A stretch of 63,910 nucleotides of DNA, filler included, from Octopus bimaculoides (GCF_001194135.2; 8 parts of 8 records of this genome joined end to end with filler, not necessarily neighbours in it), one strand, 5' to 3'. Positions 38,746 through 50,351 are shown, counted from the first letter of the whole stretch. Numbers and translations are program-made. The notes: generated by a model not told the origin, from the sequence alone.

Positions 38746-39131
38746 GTAAATATGCCAGAGAATCCGGGGAAACTGGCCCCATGAGTCTATGGCTTAAGAA
38801 GGAACTTTTTGTATGCGTATATGTAGGTGTATATGCATGCACTCATCTAATAGGTCCGCATTTCTTTAATACATGAGTGTCTGAATACCTGTGTGTGTGT
38901 GTGTGTGTGTGTGTGTATAACTGTATGTATTAACAGAATACAGAAAACAGTATTTTATGCTTTATAAAACACATTCTTCGTCAAATTACTACCAGGAATA
39001 CGTAATTGCCCATTGAATCAATATACAATTATGTTAAAACACCTCTTCAGCGTTTAGCAAAAAATACAATGAATGATGCTAAATGCTCAATATATATATT
39101 CCCTTCTATATTTAAGAGATGGGGAATTATA

Positions 39132-39247
39132 TACATTATTTACATTATTTACATTTGACGGATATTTGTCCTCATCGGGCATATGGCGTAGTGGTTAAGA
39201 GCACGGACTACTGACCCCAAGAATCCGAGTTCGATTCCAGGCAGTGA

Positions 39248-39294
<47 letters not shown>

Positions 39295-39444
39295 TCGAAA
39301 AATATCTTAGGAATGAGAACCCAGGTTCGAAATTTTCCCAAGACATCTAATGAAGGCTGGAGGGTATATCAGCCGAAACGTTGTGTTAACAGCAAACAAG
39401 ATAAGGACAGATACCCGTCAAATGTAAATAATGTAAATAATGTA
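39132..39444 (+). mobile_element. tRNA-headed SINE family D: head + (AAT)n + hammerhead-bearing tail, with a 45-bp inverted copy of the 3' end at the 5' flank
   Basis: Head 39177-39250 with A box TGGCGTAGTGG and B box GAGTTCGATTCC; (AAT)n 39252-39292; 39132-39176 = reverse complement of 39400-39444 with 3 mismatches. Confidence 0.85.
39342..39387 (+). ncRNA. Minimal hammerhead ribozyme motif (G5>A, probably inactive copy) in the SINE D tail
   Basis: GACAU [CUAAUGA] A GGCUG-loop-CAGCC GAAA C GUU GUGUU: helix I 5 bp (two GU), helix II 5 bp, palindromic AACGUU helix III. Confidence 0.55.
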
Positions 39445-39666
39445 TGTATTCCCTTTATGCAAATTATCAATAAGAGCATCAGTGACACAATACAGTATGA
39501 GATAAACAGATCACAGATCGAATTGCACACGACCATGGCAATGACATTAGTAACTACAATAGCAATGCTAATACCAATAGTAGTAACGGTAACTAGTGCC
39601 AGCATTCTGGTCATAAATCAGGGTCAGGTACGCTGAAGGCAGTTAATTGTCAAGTTTATTAACATT

Positions 39667-40060
39667 AAGTAATATTCGTAACCACTTTAACGTGGCTGTC
39701 CGTTCGAACGGATTCTACTACGATTTTTAAACTCCGAGAGGACATCTCCTCCAGCTAGTTAACGTTGTACGGCTGCATCAGATAAATTGCGAGCAAAGGA
39801 GCGAATCCCTACGATCTTCTGGCGACGGAACCAGTAGACCAGTACTGAGGAGTACAGAAATAGCCCGAAACCAGAACTGGTCTACTGGTCTACTGGTCCC
39901 GTCGCTAGAAGGTGATAGGGATTCGCTCCCCTGCTCGCAATTTATCGGATGCTGCTGTGCATCGTTAATCAGCTAGAGGAGATGTACTCTTGGGGTTAAA
40001 AAGTCGCAGTAGAGGCCGTTCGAACGGACAGCCATGTTAAAGTGGCTACGAATATTACTG
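39667..40060. mobile_element. Long foldback MITE (~394 bp, ~180-bp arms)
   Basis: gtaatattcgtaaccactttaacgtggctgtccgttcgaacgg ... ccgttcgaacggacagccatgttaaagtggctacgaatattac; arms pair along almost their whole length. The right terminus ..ACTG suggests Tc1/mariner-type ends, but no clean TA duplication. Confidence 0.85.
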
Positions 40061-40514
40061 TTCAGTACAACTACCGCGTTGATCTCTTAAGGAGGTTTTA
40101 GAACTAGCATTTTTGTTTATTAACATCCTCAAGCTGTCTGCTTTCTAGCAGTCAGACAAAGGGTGCGTTGATACTTACGCTTGTGTGTGTGTGTCTGTGC
40201 GTGTGTGTCACAGTTTCTCCATTTATCGATGGAAGCGAGATTTGGCCAACATGCGGTCGGCGGATAACTACTGCGCAAGCAAAATAAAGCTGCTTGATTT
40301 TTCTCGTCTGCTACCGACATCTTTATGCTTATATGCACTAGACATCTATCTAGACATCTAGAGGGAGAGAGACGGAATTCTGCAGTATTATGGCACTCTC
40401 ATAATGCATCCACATTAAGTAGGATACATAGACTGCTATTCGGTGATAGTTACTCGGTGATAGACTGCTATTAACGTCGCTAATATCACAAACACACACA
40501 CACACACACACGTT

Positions 40515-40722
40515 AATTTAAATACACAGCCGAAAGAGCTACTAATAGTTTCATGCTTTTAAGATTCTTGAACAGGCATATTTATAAAATACGCCATGTA
40601 TTTTAAATCCTGAAGCCTGAAAGATTATTTTTAAGATACCTGGTGTATTTCATAAATGTGCCTGCTCAAGTATCTTAAAAACATGAAACTGTTAGTAGCT
40701 CTTTCAGCTGTGTATTTAAATT
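40515..40722. mobile_element. Foldback / MITE-like element, ~95-bp arms
   Basis: aatttaaatacacagccgaaagagctactaatagtttcatg ... catgaaactgttagtagctctttcagctgtgtatttaaatt. Confidence 0.85.
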
Positions 40723-42990
40723 GATATTTATCTCTTAGTGGATGGAGTTATTTTTTGTTTATTCTACCTCTATTGGATCTTTAAACTATATATATATATA
40801 TATATATATATACAAGAATAAGGGCAGGGAATCGTCAATTAATAATAGAATTAATAATTAACAATTTTGCCAAGTAGTTCAGTATGAAAAAACCTTTATC
40901 GGTAAAACCATTTATCATCATAAATATACAGGGATTAGCATTGAGTTGCTTCTCCAACATACTGAAAATTTAGAAATAGCAGTCAAAGAACTACTGATTC
41001 TAAACTACAATAATATATAAACATATGCATATATCGATACATATACGTACATACCTACATCTATATGTATACAAACATGCATATATGGGTACAAGACGTC
41101 ACAAAAAACGTTAAACACAATATATATATATATATATATACGCGCGCATTTGTGTACATACACACACACATACACACGTACGTGTATGTATATATGTATG
41201 GATACAAATGTATATATAGACAAAAAGAGGGGATGGGTGGCGTGTTTAAATGCAGGTATATGCATATCTATTATACATACTTATAAACATTAAACTTCCA
41301 TATCTAAGTGCTAACATCTGCCTAGATGTCTGTAGCAAGTAGGTATAACGGAATGTTTAAAACTTCCCCTTCAGAATAATGAGGTCTCGGATTCAATCCT
41401 CTTGGGCGCCATTTTGTTATGTCTCTTCGCTATAGTGTTACACAACACTAGACTTATGTATGAAAGTGGATGGACGGAAACTTTGCGAAGATTTATCTGA
41501 TGGATTGTATATGTAATTCAAAAGGTCAGTCTTGCAGCAGTTATGTCATAGCGACACTTCCAGGGGATTATTTTAAGGATGCAAATGAATATTCGATTAT
41601 TTGCACTATACAATTCATTGAGAAGATCAGTGGATCGAACAACGGAAATACGCATTGTCGAAACTGATATGAGATCCTTTTAAGTTGGCACTTTTACTCA
41701 TACGCACAAGCACGCGCAAACATACGCACGCACACACACACACATGCACGCACACACACACAAACATGTACGCGCATCACATCACACCTCACACATATAC
41801 GCATTCACACCTCACTAGACNNNNNNNNNNNNNNNNNNNNNNNNNNNNNNNNNNNNNNNNNNNNNNNNNNNNNNNNNNNNNNNNNNNNNNNNNNNNNNNN
41901 NNNNNNNNNNNNNNNNNNNNNNNNNNNNNNNNNNNNNNNNNNNNNNNNNNNNNNNNNNNNNNNNNNNNNNNNNNNNNNNNNNNNNNNNNNNNNNNNNNNN
42001 NNNNNNNNNNNNNNNNNNNNNNNNNNNNNNNNNNNNNNNNNNNNNNNNNNNNNNNNNNNNNNNNNNNNNNNNNNNNNNNNNNNNNNNNNNNNNNNNNNNN
42101 NNNNNNNNNNNNNNNNNNNNNNNNNNNNNNNNNNNNNNNNNNNNNNNNNNNNNNNNNNNNNNNNNNNNNNNNNNNNNNNNNNNNNNNNNNNNNNNNNNNN
42201 NNNNNNNNNNNNNNNNNNNNNNNNNNNNNNNNNNNNNNNNNNNNNNNNNNNNNNNNNNNNNNNNNNNNNNNNNNNNNNNNNNNNNNNNNNNNNNNNNNNN
42301 NNNNNNNNNNNNNNNNNNNNNNNNNNNNNNNNNNNNNNNNNNNNNNNNNNNNNNNNNNNNNNNNNNNNNNNNNNNNNNNNNNNNNNNNNNNNNNNNNNNN
42401 NNNNNNNNNNNNNNNNNNNNNNNNNNNNNNNNCAATAGCTGGATGGTTTCTTCTGAATCAGGCTATCGTACGTATATATAAATAAGTCACGAACAAGTAG
42501 AGCTTAAAGTATTAAAACCAGAGGGAGGAAAAATTGAAGGACTGTGTATATTATGTAATGTTCTGTTATATTTTGCTCTCTATGAATCTGCATGTGTGCA
42601 TGTATGTATGTATGTATGTATGTATGTATGTATGTATGCATGCATGTATGTATGTATGTATGTATGTATGTATGTATGCATGTATACATGTATGTGTGTG
42701 TATGTGTGTATAAATGTATGCGTGTTTGTAAGTGTGTGTGTGTATTTACTTCTTTCTTCCTTCTGACTCCTCTCCCTCTTTCCATTTTCTGTATGCACAC
42801 ACACATTTGTATATATATCTATTTGTAGATACACGTATATATTTGTATATATACGTGTATATTTGTATATATATGTATATATTTGTATATATATATGTAT
42901 TTATTTGTATATATATATGTATTTATTTGTATATATATATGTATTTATTTGTATTATATTCGTATATATATATATGTGTNNNNNNNNNNG

Positions 42991-43045
<55 letters not shown>

Positions 43046-43573
43046 GTGTGTATGTGTATGTATTTTTATTATATTTGTGTATATATGTATGTGTGTGTGT
43101 TTATATACGTATATATATGTATTTGTTTACGTGTCTAGTTATATATGTTTATCTAGTTTTATAATATATACATTTATACAATATAACTATATATGTGTGT
43201 GTGTGTGTGTAAGCGTGTGTATATATGTATATATATGTGCGTATATATGTGCTATATGTGTATTTATATATATATATATAAAACCATCCAATGTTTGTGT
43301 GTATGTATGTGTGTGTGTAACCTTGGAAAGTAAAAACTAACCGGTTATCGATTTCTTTTAGTTCGTCTGGATGAGTAACCATTAAATTCCAGATTTTAAT
43401 CTTCGATTTTCTATTTTCCTAGTTTTTCTTACTGTTTTTGCTGTTATTGATATTTTAATAATGTTGTTGTTCTTACTTTTGTTCTTGTTGACGACGGCGA
43501 CGACGACGGCGACGACGACGGCGACGACGATGATGATGATGATAGCGCTCGCGGTTGTTGTTTTAGTAATAAT

Positions 43574-43968
43574 GGTTTCAATTTTTGACACAAGGCCAGC
43601 AATTTTGAGGGAGGAGTAAGTCGATTACATCCACTCTAGTGTTCAACTTGTGCTTATTTCATCGGCCCTGAAAGGATGAAAGGCAAAATCGACCAAGGGG
43701 GAATTTGAACTCGGAACGTGTAAAGACAGACGAAATGCCGCTAAGCATTTTGCCCAGTGTGTTGTGTTAGTAATAAGAATATTGGTTTCAAATTTTGACA
43801 TAAAGTCAGCAATTTTGGCGAGAGGTAAGTCGATTTCATCGTCCCCAGTGTTCAACTAGTCCTTATTTCTTCGACTCCGAACGGATGAAAGGCAAAGTCG
43901 ACCTAGGCAGAATTTGAACTCAGAACGTCAAGGCAGACGAAATGCCGTTAAACATTTTACCCGCCGTG
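43574..43968 (-). mobile_element. Tandem pair of SINE family B copies
   Basis: Two ~190-bp units (43574-43760, 43783-43968), both missing the first ~25 nt of the head and followed by gtgttgtgtta. Confidence 0.85.
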
Positions 43969-46232
43969 TTGTGTTAATAATAACATTAACGTTAATATTG
44001 CAATCAGTCGATCAACATGTAACGAGCACCAGCAGTCAAGTAACTGAACATTGGTTTTTAAAATGAAAGTGCCGTGTGGTATTATTCCACCCTTTGCAGA
44101 TATTTTCCCTGACAACTTTTACTTTCTTTTAGTCAAGTCAAAGAAGAAAATGCAACGTATATGATTCTCTTCGGTTCCACCGAAACTGATGAGAGGAAAA
44201 CAGGAATTCACGTTCAGACAGGTGACATCTAATCGTTTTCTTTATTTGTTATTACGATCATTGTACTCTAAACTGTTTTTCTTCTTGTCATAACTCTTGC
44301 TTTTCTCTTTTTGTGTTCCATGGTAATCCTCAAGTGATAAGACCTAAGAACAAAGGCAGACCTACGCCTTATCCTTATATATACTCCGATATTCTTGTAT
44401 GAAGAACACTGGAGACTGTTGCGATTTTTGATAAAGCAAAATTTATTTTATTCTTTTCGTGCACAAAAAGCAAATGTCTTCGTTACTACGGACGACAAAG
44501 CGCCGAGAAAGTTTTGAATTTTATTGTTCATGGTGTAGTTATAGCAGCAGATGAAGTGTTGTTAGTTGCTTGCCGGCTATAGAGTTCTAATGTCTTTTGA
44601 CCTCCGATTGTTCATTAACCGAGTTATCAGTTACTGTCCGCCGTCTCTGTTGGCCATCTCCCTTTGCTGCGTCCTAAAGCTCTCTGTCTAGCAGTCACGA
44701 TGGATCAAATTTATACTGATTGAAGGAAGCACGCCAAAGGATGATATCATTGCTGGAGTCTATACCATGCGAAGGCGTGATTGGTCAAACTTGGTTTATC
44801 ACGTGGGCAATATTCTAGCGAATCGTGACATCGGGTGATTGCAGAATGTTCCCGCTACATTCTTTTTCGTGTTTCAGTAACTGGATTACGGCCATGCACT
44901 ACATTGCAAGGTGCGTCGAACAAATCGCCTCCAATACTTATTTATATCTGGTATATATTCTATCGGTCTCTACCGAAGTGATAAGTTACAATAAAGTAAA
45001 TACATCAAAATCAGTTATGTGGTGATGGTGGTGGAACAAACACAAGCACAAAGTTACACACATACATACATTGTATGTACGTATATTATATATATATATA
45101 TATATATATATNNNNNNNNNNNNNNNNNNNNNNNNNNNNNNNNNNNNNNNNNNNNNNNNNNNNNNNNNNNNNNNNNNNNNNNNNNNNNNNNNNNNNNNNN
45201 NNNNNNNNNNNNNNNNNNNNNNNNNNNNNNNNNNNNNNNNNNNNNNNNNNNNNNNNNNNNNNNNNNNNNNNNNNNNNNNNNNNNNNNNNNNNNNNNNNNN
45301 NNNNNNNNNNNNNNNNNNNNNNNNNNNNNNNNNNNNNNNNNNNNNNNNNNNNNNNNNNNNNNNNNNNNNNNNNNNNNNNNNNNNNNNNNNNNNNNNNNNN
45401 NNNNNNNNNNNNNNNNNNNNNNNNNNNNNNNNNNNNNNNNNNNNNNNNNNNNNNNNNNNNNNNNNNNNNNNNNNNNNNNNNNNNNNNNNNNNNNNNNNNN
45501 NNNNNNNNNNNNNNNNNNNNNNNNNNNNNNNNNNNNNNNNNNNNNNNNNNNNNNNNNNNNNNNNNNNNNNNNNNNNNNNNNNNNNNNNNNNNNNNNNNNN
45601 NNNNNNNNNNNNNNNNNNNNNNNNNNNNNNNNNNNNNNNNNNNNNNNNNNNNNNNNNNNNNNNNNNNNNNNNNNNNNNNNNNNNNNNNNNNNNNNNNNNN
45701 NNNNNNNNNNNNNNNNNNNNNNNNNNNNNNNNNNNNNNNNNNNNNNNNNNNNNNNNNNNNNNNNNNNNNNNNNNNNNNNNNNNNNNNNNNNNNNNNNNNN
45801 NNNNNNNNNNNNNNNNNNNNNNNNNNNNNNNNNNNNNNNNNNNNNNNNNNNNNNNNNNNNNNNNNNNNNNNNNNNNNNNNNNNNNNNNNNNNNNNNNNNN
45901 NNNNNNNNNNNNNNNNNNNNNNNNNNNNNNNNNNNNNNNNNNNNNNNNNNNNNNNNNNNNNNNNNNNNNNNNTTTGGTTATTTACGTGTTTTCGCATATG
46001 ATACTGAGGGCGTAACAATGACATGTTCTGTGTATAACAATAACAATAGAAAGAACGAGCTCAATGATACGTTTTCCGATGTTTTATGTCTGCAACCAAT
46101 CATACTTCTGTTATTAATGATATATCCATGTGTTTGCGAATACGTTTGCTTACATATTTTCACGTTGCTTCTCGTCAGTCTTTTTGCATAATCGTTAAGC
46201 TAAAATTCAGAGAAGCAATGCAAAAGAATACA

Positions 46233-46391
46233 GCTGCTGCCGCTGCTGTTGTTGCTGCTGTTGCCTCTGCTGCTGCTGCTGCTGTTGCTGTTACTACTAC
46301 TACTACTAATAATAATAATAATAATAATAATGATGATGATGATGAGGAGGAGGAGGAGGAGGAGGAAGAAGAAGAAAAAGAAGAAGAAGAA
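46233..46391. repeat. Compound trinucleotide microsatellite (GCT-GTT-ACT-AAT-GAT-GAG-GAA)
   Basis: Directly visible in-register succession of motifs. Confidence 0.9.
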
Positions 46392-46392
46392 T

Positions 46393-46591
46393 GGTTTCAA
46401 ATTTTGGCACAAGGCCAGCAATTTCAGGGAAAGTGGTAAGCCGATCCAGTACTCAGCTGGTATCTATTTTATTGACTCTGAGAGGATGAAAAGCAAAGTC
46501 CAGACGGCAGAATTTGAAATCAATATAAATAGGGATGAAACGCTGTTGTGCATTTTTTCCAGTGTGCCCACGATTCTACCAGCTCGCTGCC
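46393..46591 (-). mobile_element. SINE family B, full-length
   Basis: Same body and tail (ggtttcaaattttggcacaaggccagcaattt) as 55550-55754. Confidence 0.85.
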
Positions 46592-46614
46592 GTAATAATA
46601 AAAATAATAATAAT

Positions 46615-47170
46615 GATATGCCCTGATGCAGTACCAGGCAGTAGCTTTCATGGTTTCTCATCTTGATTGGAAATGTAATCATGCACATTGTTTTGTCTTG
46701 GTATAAAAGATGGGCTACAGCAAATATTCTGTTCAGTACCACAGATCTGCCTGTCAGTTGTTTGACTTTAACCAGTTGAGCATGTCTTTTAGGAGGCTGA
46801 CGATATGTGCATCTCTGATCACGAGCAGAAGTAGTGGGGGAGCATCAAATCCATGTGTTGAGATGAATTCTTTGGGGTTTGGGTAATTCACTTCTGGAAA
46901 CATGGATGTTTTGTTCAACATCCTTAAACAACCCTTATTCAGGGATCTTTTGACTGGGATGAGCTACTCGACCAGAAGAAAATTCTAACTGGGCCCCGCC
47001 TGTAAGGTCATGCGCTGTTTATCTTGATGTGAGATTACTATGTAGCGCACATATGGTTGTGATGCATGTACTTGGTGTACCCTTATCAGACGGGTAGTGA
47101 TGATGGGTATACTGGGCTTCGTATATTTTACCCCAGGGTCACTTTGATGGCATGCACTGCTCTCTCACTT
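46615..47170 (+). mobile_element. ~555-bp non-coding interspersed element flanked by (AAT)n/(GAT)n
   Basis: Its 3' ~290 bp recur in reverse at 59732-60016; no recognisable ORF or tRNA head. Confidence 0.7.
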
Positions 47171-47174
47171 AATA

Positions 47175-47228
<54 letters not shown>

Positions 47229-47533
47229 ATGATGGCATGAACTCTCATTAACTATTTCATATATACGAGTTTGTCATGTATGTATATGTACATTTCTTAT
47301 ATTTTTTTCTTGTACATATATATTACTTCTATTGTATATGTATATCCATTTTTTATTTTATGTATTATTTGCCATCAATGTATATGAAAATGTTTTAATG
47401 TTTCCAAGTAGTATTTAACGTTCAGATATATCTATTCTTTCAAACTCATAGACGAATAAATACCAAAAAAACACACACACATACCTCTAAATCAGTATAT
47501 GTAAACATACACTATGTATATAAACATAGATCC

Positions 47534-47572
<39 letters not shown>

Positions 47573-48436
47573 CGTATGTGTGTATGTATGTATGTGTGTA
47601 TGTATGTATGTATGTATGTATGTATGTATGTATGAACGATTCAAATACGATTTAATTTGAATCCATGCTCATAAATTTGGCAATGGAGTGTTTATTGATG
47701 GCTTTATACAAGCAGCTGGAAAATAAAATGTCCACGTCTATTGGCAATGATGCAAAGATGCAAAGCTAAATAGAATGAGATAAAAACAGTAGATTAATAT
47801 CACCAAAGAAAAGTCGTTGTATATTTGAAGCAAATATTGGACTTGTTTTCATTAAATGACTCACTAGAAGTATTGTTATTTGGTTCGTCATTCGCGGATT
47901 TTTACTTTGTTTTCTTGCTGTTATATTTCATTTATTCATTGGTTGGAGAAAAAATTTCGTTTCAACGTTATATTTTTTCTGGTTTTGCTTTCTACCGATT
48001 ATTTACCATTTTGTTTTCTAAACAGCATATTGTGAGAAACTAGCGTGAGAAAAGTGTCTGGAACTTGACGTTTCATTTAAACAATATATACGTAGATTCA
48101 GCATCTTCAAGATTAAAAAAAAGTTTACAGTGAAAGTATAAAATCTAAAAGTTGATTTGAAGTTTATTGTTGTTGAGATTATTTTTCGGTGTCTGCGTAC
48201 ACTTATGTTCAAAAGCTTGCTAACCGTGACCATCCAAGCTTTTTTTCAGATCGTGTAACTAGAGCTACGTTATTCAATGTGTAGCTTCCCATTTTTTCTT
48301 TGCAGCAGGGTTTGATTTCGATAATATTTAGCTGCTATATTTAGCAGATCAAGCTGATGTACTTAAAAGAATAATGGTGTGTGTATGTACGTGTGTGTGC
48401 GCGTGTGTTTGTGTTAACAACATGCATGTTACATAA

Positions 48437-48472
<36 letters not shown>

Positions 48473-48713
48473 NNNNNNNNNNNNNNNNNNNNNNNNNNNN
48501 NNNNNNNNNNNNNNNNNNNNNNNNNNNNNNNNNNNNNNNNNNNNNNNNNNNNNNNNNNNNNNNNNNNNNNNNNNNNNNNNNNNNNNNNNNNNNNNNNNNN
48601 NNNNNNNNNNNNNNNNNNNNNNNNNNNNNNNNNNNNNNNNNNNNNNNNNNNNNNNNNNNNNNNNNNNNNNNNNNNNNCATATACAATATTATTATTATAG
48701 GAAGAAATTCAAA

Positions 48714-48769
48714 ATCTTACAGCTGTTTCTGAGATATCCCCGAGAATGGGATATTCCGTCATCAGAGAC
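48714..48769 (-). ncRNA. Hammerhead ribozyme motif in the left (inverted) Penelope repeat
   Basis: Minus: GUCU CUGAUGA CGGAAUAUCCC..GGGAUAUCUCA GAAA C AGCU GUA AGAU. Confidence 0.6.
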
Positions 48770-49419
48770 AAACAGGGGAAAAACTATGGAAAATGAGAAT
48801 GGTGTATATTAATAAGATGACAACATAGAGGAAGGGAGTAAAAGAATAAGGAGATGGAAAGAGAGACAAAAAAAGAAAAAGAAAAGTTTATAGTTCAACT
48901 TTCCGAAGTTATAGAAACCAGAGCATGAGTCCTTAGGTGCAATCCTTCGTAGATCAATGAGTGTAAGTCTTTAGGTGCAATCCTGCGTATATCCATGTAG
49001 GTTAAACACCTGATATAGCAGACATCCCAAGAAAAAATGCGAACATATCAACATTCAATAACAGAATGGTAGCGGAGGTGGTTATTAATTGGTGAAAATA
49101 AAGAAAAGAAAAGAAATAGAAAGAGAGGTAGATAGGGGGGATTTTAAGGATTGACTATAGTATAAATTAAGGTGCATATGTGTATGGCGTCTAAGAATTG
49201 TGTACGGGGTAGCCGAGAGGATAAGAGAGAGGATGAGAAGGTAGAGGAAGAAAGGGTAAAAAAATAGAGCGAAATGAAAGGAATTTAAGGAGAGTAGTAG
49301 ATGTCTGATAGTCCCAAAGTCAAAAGTCGCTGAGGAGGAAATTTGGTAGTAATTGCTTGCGCCTGTCTTGGCCAAGGTCAGTGGCTGTAGAGTTATTTTT
49401 AGCAATGGGGTTGTTAATT

Positions 49420-49630
49420 AACCACTGTAGAACCGATAACTGCAACTGCAGATCCAGGACAGATTGCCCGCTGCAAGCCCAGGACATAAGATTCAACATC
49501 GTATACCGATGCACTGTTCACAACATGGTAAATAACTCCTGTAGCTACTACATTGGTTCTAGCACCAGTTTTAAACAATGGTATTACGCACATTTAAGCT
49601 CATTTAAATATAAGAATTCCACATCATTAG
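49420..49630 (+). pseudogene. Penelope GIY-YIG endonuclease fragment
   Basis: CNCRSRTDCPLQ..NIVYRCTV..YYIGSSTSFKQWYYAHLSSFKYKNSTSL matches the PLE CNC..CPL..VY..YIG.T..FK.R...H..SF..ST.L signature. Confidence 0.85.
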
Positions 49631-49853
49631 ATAGCCTTACGCTCATCACTAGATAGATTTACGCTCATGGATCTACAAAGGATTGCACCTAAGGACTCAT
49701 GCTCTGGTTTCTATAACTTCGGAAAGTTGAACTATGAACTTTTATTCTTTTTTCCCCTCTCTTTCCATCTCTTTATTCTTTTACTCCCTTCCTCTATGTT
49801 GTCATCTTATTAATATACACCATTCTCATTTTCCATAGTTTTTTCCCCTATTT

Positions 49854-49909
49854 GTCTCTGATGACGGTATATCCCATTCTCGGGGATATCCCAGAAACAG
49901 CTGTAGGAT
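49854..49909 (+). ncRNA. Hammerhead ribozyme motif in the right Penelope repeat
   Basis: GUCU CUGAUGA [long helix II, UAUCCC/GGGAUA core] GAAA C AGCU GUA GGAU; intact CUGAUGA and GAAA; palindrome ACAGCUGU; predicted cleavage after A49905. Confidence 0.65.
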
Positions 49910-50292
49910 TTTGAATTTCTTCCCATAATAATATTGTATATGGCTTGAGATATTTGCCTTGGCTTAATGTTTGACGTCCTGTTTAGCTATTGTGTGTGTG
50001 TGTGTGTGTNNNNNNNNNNNNNNNNNNNNNNNNNNNNNNNNNNNNNNNNNNNNNNNNNNNNNNNNNNNNNNNNNNNNNNNNNNNNNNNNNNNNNNNNNNN
50101 NNNNNNNNNNNNNNNNNNNNNNNNNNNNNNNNNNNNNNNNNNNNNNNNNNNNNNNNNNNNNNNNNNNNNNNNNNNNNNNNNNNNNNNNNNNNNNNNNNNN
50201 NNNNNNNNNNNNNNNNNNNNNNNNNNNNNNNNNNNNNNNNNNNNNNNNNNNNNNNNNNNNNNNNNNNNNNNNNNAAACAGTTAGTTGTCATT

Positions 50293-50351
50293 ATAGAACT
50301 CGGAGTTTCGAATGTCGGAGCGAGGAGCTGTGAGGCATTTTCATCAGCTAT
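50293..50351 (-). ncRNA. Hammerhead ribozyme motif (left arm)
   Basis: Minus: AUAG CUGAUGA AAAUG-loop-CAUUC GAAA C UCCGA GUU CUAU. Confidence 0.6.

Larger units (their letters stand above)
48678..49942 (+). mobile_element. Penelope-like element remnant with inverted ~290-bp terminal repeats (48678-48970 / 49655-49942)
   Basis: Arms are near reverse complements; the interior carries a GIY-YIG fragment; each arm holds a hammerhead motif. Confidence 0.85.

Noticed and set aside
39177-39250. tRNA gene
   Set aside because: It has A/B boxes but no complete cloverleaf or acceptor stem, and continues into a repeat body; it is a SINE head. The same applies to 62290-62366.
44186-44203. CTGATGAG..GAAA hammerhead-like string
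   Set aside because: No room for helix II and no helix I/III pairing.
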